NCBI RefSeq assembly: GCF_016127575.1
Contig: NZ_CP066018.1
Span: 1,710,001 to 1,742,000 of the forward strand
DNA from: Cupriavidus necator
GTDB taxonomy: Bacteria > Pseudomonadota > Gammaproteobacteria > Burkholderiales > Burkholderiaceae
Length of the DNA: 32,000 nucleotides
Direction of reading: 5' to 3'
Shown in pieces: positions 9,012 to 17,102 of the stretch (position 1 is its first letter; every line of letters starts with the position of its first letter). A program made the translations under genes and the position numbers. Below the pieces are notes generated by a model, which was given only the letters and a program-made list of their open reading frames with translations, was not told the DNA's origin and made no database searches.

Positions 9012-9872
9012 ATGACGAACCTGCCCACTACGCAAGCCCCCCGGAACGGCGCCGGCGCGCGCCATCCTTCCCGCACCGCCGGCCTTGGCCGCGCCAGCCT
9101 GGCCGCGGCGGCCGTGCTGGTCTGCGCCACCCAGCTCGCCGGCTGCTTCCCCGTGATCGCCGGCGCCATGGGGACCGGCGTGGCCATGGCCACCGACCGC
9201 CGCCCGGCCGCCACCCAGACCGTGGACCGCGGCCTGCAGCTCGAGGCCGAGAACACCATCAACTCGCGCTACCGCGGCCAGGCCCGCGTCAACGTGACCG
9301 TGTTCAACCGCAAGGTGCTGCTGACCGGCGAAGCCAGCAACGACACCGTCAAGCAGCAGGTCGAGCAGTATGTGCGTGGCCTGCAGAATGCGCGCGTGGT
9401 GATCAATGAGCTCGAGGTCGTCAACTCGCCGGGCTTCATGACCCAGAGCCAGGACGCCTACCTGACCAGCAAGGTCAAGACCCTGCTGATGACCGCCGAC
9501 GGCGTGCCGTCCAACTCGATCAAGGTCACCACCGAGAAGAGCGTGGTCTACCTGCTGGGCGTGGTCACCGCCGCCGAGGGCGACCGCGCCACCGACGTGG
9601 CGCGCAATGCCTCGGGCGTGACCAAGGTGGTCAAGGCCTTCGACTACGTCAACGACACCGAGCGCGCGCGCCTGGACTCGGCTTCCACCTCGCAGAACCC
9701 GTCGTTCGACGGCAATGTCGGCACGCCGGCGCCGGTGCAGTCGGTGCCGGGCGTGGGCGGTCCGATCGATGCGCCGGCCGGGGCCGCCACGGGCACCACC
9801 GCGACCACCAGCCCGGTCGCCGCACCGGTGACTTCGCCGGTGACGCTGCCGCCGGGCCGCAACCTGCCCTGA
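9012..9872 (+). CDS. BON-domain lipoprotein (DolP/YraP/OsmY-like) with a low-complexity C-terminal tail
   Basis: RBS aaggac precedes the start. Lipobox QLAGC. Two BON-like repeats: VNVTVFNRKVLLTGEA and IKVTTEKSVVYLLGVV. The tail is Pro/Ala/Thr-rich. Confidence 0.8.
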   Translation: MTNLPTTQAPRNGAGARHPSRTAGLGRASLAAAAVLVCATQLAGCFPVIAGAMGTGVAMATDRRPAATQTVDRGLQLEAENTINSRYRGQARVNVTVFNRKVLLTGEASNDTVKQQVEQYVRGLQNARVVINELEVVNSPGFMTQSQDAYLTSKVKTLLMTADGVPSNSIKVTTEKSVVYLLGVVTAAEGDRATDVARNASGVTKVVKAFDYVNDTERARLDSASTSQNPSFDGNVGTPAPVQSVPGVGGPIDAPAGAATGTTATTSPVAAPVTSPVTLPPGRNLP

Positions 9873-9907
9873 GCACACGCCCGGCCCAGCTTCCCGGGCC
9901 GGTTCCG

Positions 9908-9945
9908 ACGGCGTCCGCTCATGCGGACGCCGTTTGTCCTTCTGC
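9908..9945 (+). terminator. Rho-independent terminator after the BON lipoprotein gene
   Basis: 11-bp stem ACGGCGTCCGC / GCGGACGCCGT (9908-9918 and 9923-9933) with loop tcat, followed by ttgtccttctgc. Confidence 0.65.
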
Positions 9946-10042
9946 GGTTTTCACCGCACACGGTCCCTGCCCGATGTGCTACGGTAGCCACGCCGGCCGC
10001 CCCCAAGCGGAACCCAGTGCCGGCCCTACACGGAGCGAGACC

Positions 10043-10393
10043 ATGACAATCTTCCCCCGGCCCGCTGTGTTGCTGCGGCTGGCGCTGCTGGCCGCGGCGC
10101 TGTGCGGCGCCCAGCCGGCGCTGTCGGCAGACAGCGCCGCCCCTGCCACCGATGCCGCGCTGCGTGCGCGCAGCCAGGCCGCCGCCTGCACCAGCTGCCA
10201 CGGCCCCGCCGGGCGCGCGCCGGCGGGCAGCACGATCCCGCCGCTGGCCGGCCGCCCGCAGGCGGAACTGGCCGCGCAGATGCAGGCCTTCAAGGCCGGC
10301 ACGCGGCCGGCCACGGTGATGCACCAGATTGCCAAGGGTTACAGCGACGACCAGATCGCGGCCATCACGGCGTGGTTCGCCGCGGTGCGCTGA
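10043..10393 (+). CDS. Monohaem c-type cytochrome, small subunit of flavocytochrome c sulfide dehydrogenase (FccA/SoxE-like)
   Basis: The ATG at 10043 follows ggagcgaga. There is a signal peptide, a single CTSCH haem motif and a downstream Met (TVMHQIAKGY). It sits 15 nt upstream of the flavoprotein subunit gene. Confidence 0.8.
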   Translation: MTIFPRPAVLLRLALLAAALCGAQPALSADSAAPATDAALRARSQAAACTSCHGPAGRAPAGSTIPPLAGRPQAELAAQMQAFKAGTRPATVMHQIAKGYSDDQIAAITAWFAAVR

Positions 10394-10408
10394 CAGCGGG
10401 GGACTACC

Positions 10409-11674
10409 ATGCAAAGACGAAGCTTCCTGGGCGCCGCGGGCGCCGCAGTACTGGGTTCGGTCGGGGTCGGGTCGGCACGCGCCGCGGCGCCGGCCAGGGT
10501 GGTGGTGGTGGGTGGTGGCTACGGCGGCGCCACCGCCGCGCGCTACCTGCGCGAGTGGAGCGGCCAGGCGATCGAGGTCACGCTGGTCGAACCCAATCCG
10601 GCCTTTATCTCCTGCCCGCTGTCGAACCTGGTGCTCGGCGGCAGCCGGCAGCTGGCGGACCTGACCTTGCCGTACGACGCGCTGGTGCGCCGCCACGGCG
10701 TGCGGCTGGTGCGCGATACCGCCGTGGCCATCGACCCGGCCAAACGGACCGTGCGCCTCGCGGGCGGCGCCACGCTGCCCTACGACCGCCTGCTGCTGTC
10801 GCCCGGCGTCGAAATGATGAGCGATGCGCTGCCCGGGCTGAAGCAGCCCGGCGGCGACCAGGTCCTGCACGCCTGGAAGGCGGGCCCGCAGACCGTTGCG
10901 CTGCGCCGCCAGCTGGAGGCCATGCCGGACGGCGGCACCTATGCCATCAGCGTCCCGCTGGCGCCCTACCGCTGCCCGCCGGGACCCTACGAGCGCGCCT
11001 GCCAGGTGGCGTACTACTTCAGGCAGCACAAGCCGCGCAGCAAGGTGCTGATCCTGGACGCCAACCCCGACATCACCTCCAAGGCCGGGCTGTTCCGCAA
11101 GGTGTGGGCGTCGCAGTACCCGGGCATGGTGGAATACCGGCCGCAGTTCAACGCGGTGGATGTGGACCCCGCCACGCGCACGCTCAAGTTCGAGGTGCAG
11201 GACGACGAGCGTGCCGACGTGCTCAACGTGCTGCCACCCCAGCGCGCCGGTGCGATCGCGGTGTCGGCGGGGCTGGCCACGGCCAATGGCAAGTGGTGCG
11301 AGGTGGACTTCGTCACCTTCGAGTCGCGCGCCGCGGCCAATATCCACGTGATCGGCGATGCCATCCAGATCGCGCCGCTGATGCCCAAGTCGGGCCATAT
11401 GGCCAACCAGCATGGCAAGGTCGCGGCCGCGGCCATGGTCGCGCTGCTGTCGGGCCGGGCACCCGACCCGCAGCCGCTCTACAACAACACCTGCTACAGC
11501 TTCACCTCCGACCGCGAGGCGGTGCACGTGGCCAGCGTGCATCGCTATGACGCGGCGCAGAAGACCATGGTCACGGTGCCGGGATCGGGCGGGCTGTCGG
11601 AGGCGCCGAACCAGCTCGAAGGCGACTACGCACTGGCATGGGCCAAGGGCATTTGGGCGGAGATGCTGGGGTAG
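10409..11674 (+). CDS. soxF: Flavocytochrome c sulfide dehydrogenase flavoprotein subunit (FccB/SoxF)
   Basis: Twin-arginine signal MQRRSFLGAAGA. FAD fold VVVVGGGYGGATAARYL. Cys-containing blocks ISCPLSN and YRCPPGPYERAC are typical of FCSD/SoxF. Confidence 0.85.
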   Translation: MQRRSFLGAAGAAVLGSVGVGSARAAAPARVVVVGGGYGGATAARYLREWSGQAIEVTLVEPNPAFISCPLSNLVLGGSRQLADLTLPYDALVRRHGVRLVRDTAVAIDPAKRTVRLAGGATLPYDRLLLSPGVEMMSDALPGLKQPGGDQVLHAWKAGPQTVALRRQLEAMPDGGTYAISVPLAPYRCPPGPYERACQVAYYFRQHKPRSKVLILDANPDITSKAGLFRKVWASQYPGMVEYRPQFNAVDVDPATRTLKFEVQDDERADVLNVLPPQRAGAIAVSAGLATANGKWCEVDFVTFESRAAANIHVIGDAIQIAPLMPKSGHMANQHGKVAAAAMVALLSGRAPDPQPLYNNTCYSFTSDREAVHVASVHRYDAAQKTMVTVPGSGGLSEAPNQLEGDYALAWAKGIWAEMLG

Positions 11675-11764
11675 GTGCAGGGCGGGCCATGCCCCGAAGG
11701 CCGGGGGCTGCTACCCTACGGGTTTTGTCCGGCACTGTGCCGGGCCGCGCCCCCCAGCCCCCTC

Positions 11765-12655
11765 ATGCAAGCCAGAGACCGTCTACTCGCCCTCGCCATC
11801 GTCTGCGTCTGGGGCGTCAACTTCGTCGTCATCAAGGTTGGCCTGGCGGACATGCCGCCGATGCTGCTGGGTGCGCTGCGCTTCCTGCTGGTGGCGTTCC
11901 CGGCGATTTTCTTCGTGCCGCGCCCGCGCGTGCCGTGGCGGCTGCTGCTGGCCTACGGCGTCACCATCAGCCTGGGCCAGTTCGCCTTCCTGTTCTACGC
12001 CATGGCGGTCGGCATGCCGGCCGGCCTGGCCTCGCTGGTGCTGCAGTCGCAGGCCTTCTTCACGCTGGCCATTGCGGCGCTGTGGCTGGGCGAGCCGGTG
12101 CGCTGGCACAACATCGCGGGCATGGCGGTGGCGGCGGGCGGGCTGGCCCTGATCGGGGCCGGTGCCGGCAGCGCCGGCGGCATGAGCGTGGCGGGCTTCG
12201 TGCTGACGCTGTGCGCGGCGTTCTGCTGGGCCAGCGGCAATATCGTCAGCAAGAAGATCGGCCCGGTCGACCTGCTGGGGCTGGTGATCTGGGGCGCGCT
12301 GATCCCGATCGTGCCGTTCGCCTTGCTGTCGCTGTGGGTCGAGGGCCCGGCGCGCATCGTGCAGAGCGTCACCCATGTGTCGGGCATGGCCGTGTTCGCC
12401 GTGGCCTACCTGGCCTTTGCGGCGACAGTGTTCGGCTACACCATGTGGGGCCGGCTGCTGACGCGCTACCCGGCCAGCCAGGTGGCGCCGCTGACGCTGC
12501 TGGTGCCGGTGGTGGGGCTGGTGTCGGCGCATGTGCTGCTGGGCGAGGACCTGTCCGGCGCGCAGTGGGCGGGCGCGGCAGTGGTAATGGCCGGGCTGCT
12601 GCTCAATGTGTTCGGCCAGCGCCTGTGGGCGGGCAGGGCGCTGGCGCGCCGCTGA
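11765..12655 (+). CDS. EamA/RhaT (DMT superfamily) transporter
   Basis: The ATG at 11765 (MQARDRLLALAIVCVWGVNFVVIK) begins a polytopic hydrophobic protein with two EamA-like halves. The track's GTG at 11675 abuts the soxF stop and adds a non-membrane, Pro/Gly-rich leader, so I reject it. Confidence 0.85.
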   Translation: MQARDRLLALAIVCVWGVNFVVIKVGLADMPPMLLGALRFLLVAFPAIFFVPRPRVPWRLLLAYGVTISLGQFAFLFYAMAVGMPAGLASLVLQSQAFFTLAIAALWLGEPVRWHNIAGMAVAAGGLALIGAGAGSAGGMSVAGFVLTLCAAFCWASGNIVSKKIGPVDLLGLVIWGALIPIVPFALLSLWVEGPARIVQSVTHVSGMAVFAVAYLAFAATVFGYTMWGRLLTRYPASQVAPLTLLVPVVGLVSAHVLLGEDLSGAQWAGAAVVMAGLLLNVFGQRLWAGRALARR

Positions 12656-12699
12656 TCCTCCCGCCGCACTTATGCTGTGCTGCATCAGTGGGTAAACAC

Positions 12700-12731
12700 T
12701 ATATGCGCATTCACGCATATACGAATATATT
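12700..12731. promoter_or_regulatory. Putative SoxR (ArsR-family) operator within an AT-rich promoter patch
   Basis: Perfect 8-bp inverted repeat TATATGCG-N6-CGCATATA (12700-12721), followed by the 8-bp palindrome AATATATT (12724-12731). This is the only AT-rich patch between the DMT gene and soxC, and it overlaps the first in-frame ATG of the ArsR gene. Confidence 0.45.
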
Positions 12732-13122
12732 GGATGCCATGGAAGAGCTGGATCGCGTATTCGAAAAGGTATCGGGCTACTTCAGCCTGTTGGCGGAGCC
12801 GACGCGGCTGAAGATCCTGCACGCCTTGTGCGATGGCGAGAAGCCGGTCAGCACGGTGGTCGAGACGGTGGGTTCGTCGCAGACCAATGTGTCGCGGCAT
12901 CTCAACGCGATGTACCGCTCGGGCGTGCTGTCGCGCCGCAAGGAGGCGAACCTGGTGTTCTACGCCATTGCGGACGAAAGCGTGATCGAGCTGTGCCGCA
13001 CGGTCTGCGTGCAGGTGGCGAGCCGGCTGGAGGACAGCGCCTTGCCCTCCGGCGTGGTCGACCGCTTCATGGCACAGCCGGCACCCGAAGCCCCGGCGCG
13101 CAGGCGGCGCACCGCAGGCTAG
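12703..13122 (+). CDS. soxR: ArsR/SmtB-family transcriptional regulator (SoxR-like)
   Basis: Only the last part of ORF 11638..13122 is real. The winged-HTH block is LLAEPTRLKILHALCDGEKPVSTVVETVGSSQTNVSRHLNAMYRSGVLSRRKEANLVFYAI. The start is either the ATG at 12703 or the ATG at 12739 (MEELDRVF). The latter is plausible because 12703 lies inside the inverted repeat. Confidence 0.8.
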   Translation: MRIHAYTNILDAMEELDRVFEKVSGYFSLLAEPTRLKILHALCDGEKPVSTVVETVGSSQTNVSRHLNAMYRSGVLSRRKEANLVFYAIADESVIELCRTVCVQVASRLEDSALPSGVVDRFMAQPAPEAPARRRRTAG

Positions 13123-13202
13123 CTCAGCTCTTCCGGTAAACGGATCGCTGCCGCACCCGCTGCAGCGGCCCGATAACAGGCACGCCGACCGGTCCAAGGG
13201 CC

Positions 13203-14579
13203 GTGGCGAGCGCGCCGGAGGAGACCGATTTGCAGGAACGGAACCGGCCCGGGCGCATCGTGCCCGCGCCCGAGCACTTCGTCAGCGCATCGCTGCAGCA
13301 GGACATCGGCCGGCACGGCCTGGACGCGCCGCGGCGCGACTTCCTGCGCAAGAGCTTCCTGGGCGCGGCCGCGGGGATTGCCGCCGCCACGGCGGGCCGC
13401 CAGGCACTGGCAGCCGACGGCGATCCCGCCATCCTGCAGCCGCAGCCGTGGGCCACCTCGCTCGGCCAGCCGGTGGCTGCACGCCCGTACGGGCAGCCCT
13501 CCGTGCATGAGAAAAACCTGGTGCGGCGCGAGTCGCCGGGCCTGACGCGCGTCTCCGCCGCTTCGGTGGCCTTCGCGCCGCTGCAGGGCTTCTTCGGCAT
13601 CATCACCCCCAACGGCCTGCATTTCGAGCGCCACCATCAGGGCTGGCACGATATCGACCCGGCCCGCCACCGCCTGATGCTCAACGGCCTGGTGCGCACG
13701 CCGCGCGTCTACACCATGGACGACCTGATGCGCCTGCCGGCGGTGTCGCGCATGCATTTCATCGAATGCGGCGCCAACACCGGCATGGAATGGGGCAACG
13801 TGGCCGTGCCCACTGTGCAGTACACCCACGGCATGCTGTCGTGCTGCGAGTTCACCGGCGTGCCGCTGCGGGTGCTGCTGGACGATGCCGGCGCCGACCT
13901 GCGCCGCGGCCGCTACCTGCTGGCCGAAGGCGGCGATGGCTCGTCGATGACGCGCACCATCCCGATGGAGCTGGCCGACGAGATCATCGTCGCCTGGGGC
14001 ATGAACGGCGAGATGCTGCGCCCCGAGAACGGCTATCCGCTGCGGCTGGTGGTGCCGGGCGTGCAGGGGGTGTCGTGGGTCAAGTGGCTGCGCCGGCTGG
14101 AGCTGGGCGACCAGCCCTGGAATGCGAAGGACGAGACCATCCACTACGTGGACATGATGCCGGACGGCAAGCTGCGCCAGTACACCTCGATCCAGGAGTG
14201 CAAGTCGGTCATCACCACGCCTTCGGGCGGGCAGCAGATGGTGGGCAAGGGCTTCTACAACATCAGCGGGCTGGCGTGGTCGGGGCGCGGGCGCATCAGG
14301 CGTGTCGATGTCTCGACCGACGGCGGGCGCAACTGGCGCAGTGCGCGGCTGGAGGCGCCGGTGCTGTCCAAGTGCCTGACGCGCTTCAACCTGGACTGGG
14401 TCTGGGACGGCGGCCCCGCCATCCTGCAAAGCCGCGCCATCGACGACACCGGCTATGTGCAGCCGAAGCTGGGGCAGCTGCGCGCGGTGCGCGGCACGCG
14501 CTCGATCTACCACAACAACGCTATCCAGAGCTGGCAGGTGGCGGCAGGCGGCGAGGTGTCCAATGTCCATGTGGGCTGA
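13203..14579 (+). CDS. soxC: Sulfane dehydrogenase molybdopterin subunit SoxC
   Basis: Tat motif RRDFLRKSFLGAAAG. Sulfite-oxidase-family blocks FERHHQGWHDID, FIECGANTGMEW and GYPLRLVVPG. The start is uncertain: the GTG at 13203, or the TTG at 13230, which has GGAGGAG 6 nt upstream. Confidence 0.9.
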   Translation: MASAPEETDLQERNRPGRIVPAPEHFVSASLQQDIGRHGLDAPRRDFLRKSFLGAAAGIAAATAGRQALAADGDPAILQPQPWATSLGQPVAARPYGQPSVHEKNLVRRESPGLTRVSAASVAFAPLQGFFGIITPNGLHFERHHQGWHDIDPARHRLMLNGLVRTPRVYTMDDLMRLPAVSRMHFIECGANTGMEWGNVAVPTVQYTHGMLSCCEFTGVPLRVLLDDAGADLRRGRYLLAEGGDGSSMTRTIPMELADEIIVAWGMNGEMLRPENGYPLRLVVPGVQGVSWVKWLRRLELGDQPWNAKDETIHYVDMMPDGKLRQYTSIQECKSVITTPSGGQQMVGKGFYNISGLAWSGRGRIRRVDVSTDGGRNWRSARLEAPVLSKCLTRFNLDWVWDGGPAILQSRAIDDTGYVQPKLGQLRAVRGTRSIYHNNAIQSWQVAAGGEVSNVHVG

Positions 14580-15600
14580 ACTCAGGACCGCCGCCGCTCT
14601 GGTGCTGGCAGCCGTCAGCGCCGCCCCGGCGTGGGCGGGCACGGCCGACGCGCGTGCGGCACTTGGCCGCACCGCCACGCCCGCCGAAGTCGCCGCGTGG
14701 GACATCGACGTGCGCCCGGACTTCCAGGGCCTGCCCAGGGGCAGCGGCACGGTGGCGCAGGGGCAGAAGGTCTGGGACGGCAAGTGCGCGTCGTGCCACG
14801 GCGACTTCGGCGAATCCAACGAGGTGTTCACGCCGCTGGTCGGCGGCACCACCGCCGAAGACATCAGGCGCGGCCGCGTGGCCGGCATGACCGGCAACCA
14901 GCCGTACCGCACCACGCTGATGAAGGTCAGCACCGTCAGCACGCTGTGGGACTACATTCACCGCGCCATGCCGTGGAACGCGCCCAAGAGCCTGAGCGTG
15001 GGCGACGTCTACGCGGTCACCGCCTATATGCTGCACTTGGGCGAGGTCGTCCCGGCCGACTTCACGCTGTCCGACGCCAATATCGCCGAGATCCAGCGGC
15101 GCATGCCCAACCGCGACGGCATGACCACCGGCCACGGCCTGTGGCCGGGGCGCGGCCGCCCGGACACGCGCAATACGGCCTGCATGAAGGATTGCGCCGG
15201 CAAGGTGGCGATTACCTCGTCGATACCGGACTATGCCCGCGATGCCCATGGCGAACTGGCGCAGCAGCAGCGGAGCTTCGGCCCGGTGCGCGGCGTGGCC
15301 GCGGGCAATACCGTATCTAAAAGTGCTGCATCAGCTCCTTCGGAGCCGGCCGCGCCGGGCGCGCGGCTCACCAGCCAGTACCAGTGCATGGCCTGCCATG
15401 CGATGGACCGCAAGCTGGTTGGGCCGTCCTTTGCCGACATCGCCGGCAAGTACAAGGGCCAGGACGCGCATGGCGCGCTGGCGCGCAAGGTCAAGGCAGG
15501 CGGGCAGGGCGCATGGGGCAGCGTGCCGATGCCGGCGCAGCCGCAGATCCCGGATTCCGACGTGCAGGCCATGGTGGGCTGGATTCTTGAGGCAAAATAG
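14563..15600 (+). CDS. soxD: Dihaem cytochrome c subunit SoxD
   Basis: The ATG at 14563 (MSMWAEL) overlaps the soxC stop by 17 nt, implying translational coupling. There is a signal peptide. The two haem motifs are CASCH and CMACH; the second lies in a C-terminal c551-like domain. Confidence 0.85.
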   Translation: MSMWAELRTAAALVLAAVSAAPAWAGTADARAALGRTATPAEVAAWDIDVRPDFQGLPRGSGTVAQGQKVWDGKCASCHGDFGESNEVFTPLVGGTTAEDIRRGRVAGMTGNQPYRTTLMKVSTVSTLWDYIHRAMPWNAPKSLSVGDVYAVTAYMLHLGEVVPADFTLSDANIAEIQRRMPNRDGMTTGHGLWPGRGRPDTRNTACMKDCAGKVAITSSIPDYARDAHGELAQQQRSFGPVRGVAAGNTVSKSAASAPSEPAAPGARLTSQYQCMACHAMDRKLVGPSFADIAGKYKGQDAHGALARKVKAGGQGAWGSVPMPAQPQIPDSDVQAMVGWILEAK

Positions 15601-15717
15601 CGGACTGGCCACCGCAGTGCCCCCGGGCGGCGGCCAGTGTGTGCCGCGAAGCCATTGCAGTACGGCCCAGCGGCCTTTGCCGTCCCCACGGCTTTACAGA
15701 GCTTGGAGAGCTTAACA

Positions 15718-16044
15718 ATGAAGCAGTTTGTCATCGCAGCGCTGATGCTCGGCGCCGCCGCATCGGCCCACGCGGTCGATGCCGCCAAGGCACAGGAGAT
15801 CGCCAACAAGAACGCCTGCATGGGTTGCCACCAGGTCGACAAGAAGCTGGTCGGACCTTCCTACAAGGAAGTGGCCGCCAAGTACAAGGGCGACAAGAAC
15901 GCCCTGGCGACGCTGACCAAGAAGGTCAAGAGCGGTGGCTCGGGCGTCTGGGGCCCGGTGCCGATGCCCGCGAATGCGGCGCTCAACGACGCCGACCTGA
16001 AGACCGTGGTCGAGTGGGTGCTGGCTGGCGCCCCCGCCAAGTAA
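15718..16044 (+). CDS. Small soluble class I cytochrome c (c551/c552-like)
   Basis: The ATG at 15718 follows ggagag. There is a signal peptide ending AHA, the haem motif CMGCH, and the block VGPSYKEVAAKYKG...GVWGPVPMP typical of c551-type cytochromes. Confidence 0.85.
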   Translation: MKQFVIAALMLGAAASAHAVDAAKAQEIANKNACMGCHQVDKKLVGPSYKEVAAKYKGDKNALATLTKKVKSGGSGVWGPVPMPANAALNDADLKTVVEWVLAGAPAK

Positions 16045-16203
16045 GCCTTACCGACCAGGCGGGCAGTCCGCCGATGCACCAGGCCGGGCGGTGAATGCCG
16101 CGCGGCCAGGACAGACCAGCGGCCGGCCATGTACCGGCCGCATGAAGCAGATCCCCGAAGCGGTCATCGACCGACTGGAACGGAGTAGCCGGAGAGCAGA
16201 AAC

Positions 16204-16659
16204 ATGAATTCCAAACGACGAGAAGTGCTGCGGGTCACCGCTGTCCTGTCGCTGATGGCCGCCACCGGCCTGATCAGCGAGGCGCAGGCGGCCGAGTGGA
16301 ACAAGAACGCCTTCGACGGCAAGAGCGTTGCTGACGTGATCAAGGCGCTCGGCGGCAGCGGCACCGAGAAAAGCACCGCCATCACCTTCACCGCCCCCGA
16401 TATCGCCGAGAACGGCGCCGTGGTGCCGGTGGCCGTGACCAGCACCATCCCGGATACCGAGCAGATCGCGATCCTGGTGGAAAAGAACCCCAACACGCTG
16501 GCCGCCGACTTCATCATCCCGGCCGGCACCGAGCCGTTCGTCTCCACGCGCGTGAAGATGGGCCAGACCTCGGTCGTGCATGCCGCGGTCAAGGCCGGCG
16601 GCAAGTGGTACGTGGCATCGAAGGAAATCAAGGTCACGCTGGGCGGCTGCGGCGGCTGA
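16204..16659 (+). CDS. soxY: Sulfur carrier protein SoxY
   Basis: Tat-type signal KRREVLR. The diagnostic C-terminal swinging-arm motif VTLGGCGG lies at the very end of the protein. Confidence 0.92.
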   Translation: MNSKRREVLRVTAVLSLMAATGLISEAQAAEWNKNAFDGKSVADVIKALGGSGTEKSTAITFTAPDIAENGAVVPVAVTSTIPDTEQIAILVEKNPNTLAADFIIPAGTEPFVSTRVKMGQTSVVHAAVKAGGKWYVASKEIKVTLGGCGG

Positions 16660-16705
16660 CGCCGCGCCCCGGATCGAGATTCCCAAACTGCAACAGGAGA
16701 AACAC

Positions 16706-17017
16706 ATGGCAGACCCGATGCGCGTACGCGCCACCGAAAACGGCGGCGTGGTTGACGTCAAGATTCTGATGAAGCACGACATGGAAACCGGCCAGCGCAA
16801 GGACGCATCCGGCAAGGCCGTGCCGGCCTGGCATATCCAGACCGTGACCGCCCAGTGCAAGGGCAAGGAAGTGTTCCGCGCCCAGTTCGGCCCGGCGGTG
16901 TCGAAGGACCCGTTCCTGAACTTCAAGTTCAAGGGCGGCGCCAAGGGCGACAAGGTCGCAGTGACCTGGATCGACAACAAGGGCGACAAGCGCACCGACG
17001 AAGCGACCATCGCCTGA
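16706..17017 (+). CDS. soxZ: SoxZ, partner of SoxY
   Basis: The ATG at 16706 follows aggaga. 103 aa with the SoxZ-type blocks VDVKILMKHDMETGQRKD and FLNFKFKGG. Immediately downstream of soxY. Confidence 0.92.
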   Translation: MADPMRVRATENGGVVDVKILMKHDMETGQRKDASGKAVPAWHIQTVTAQCKGKEVFRAQFGPAVSKDPFLNFKFKGGAKGDKVAVTWIDNKGDKRTDEATIA

Positions 17018-17102
17018 CAGCCGTTCCGCGGCCGGCAGGCCATGCCGTCCTCTGCTAAGGTTCGGGACGGATGCCGGGACTGGCCCGGCGGGAAGGAACA
17101 AC

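Noticed and set aside
11638-12702. Upstream 355 codons of ORF 11638..13122(+), fused in the track to the ArsR regulator.
   Set aside because: This part is an alternative frame of the EamA transporter gene with a Gly/Arg/Ala-rich translation. Only the last roughly 130 codons carry the ArsR winged-helix sequence.
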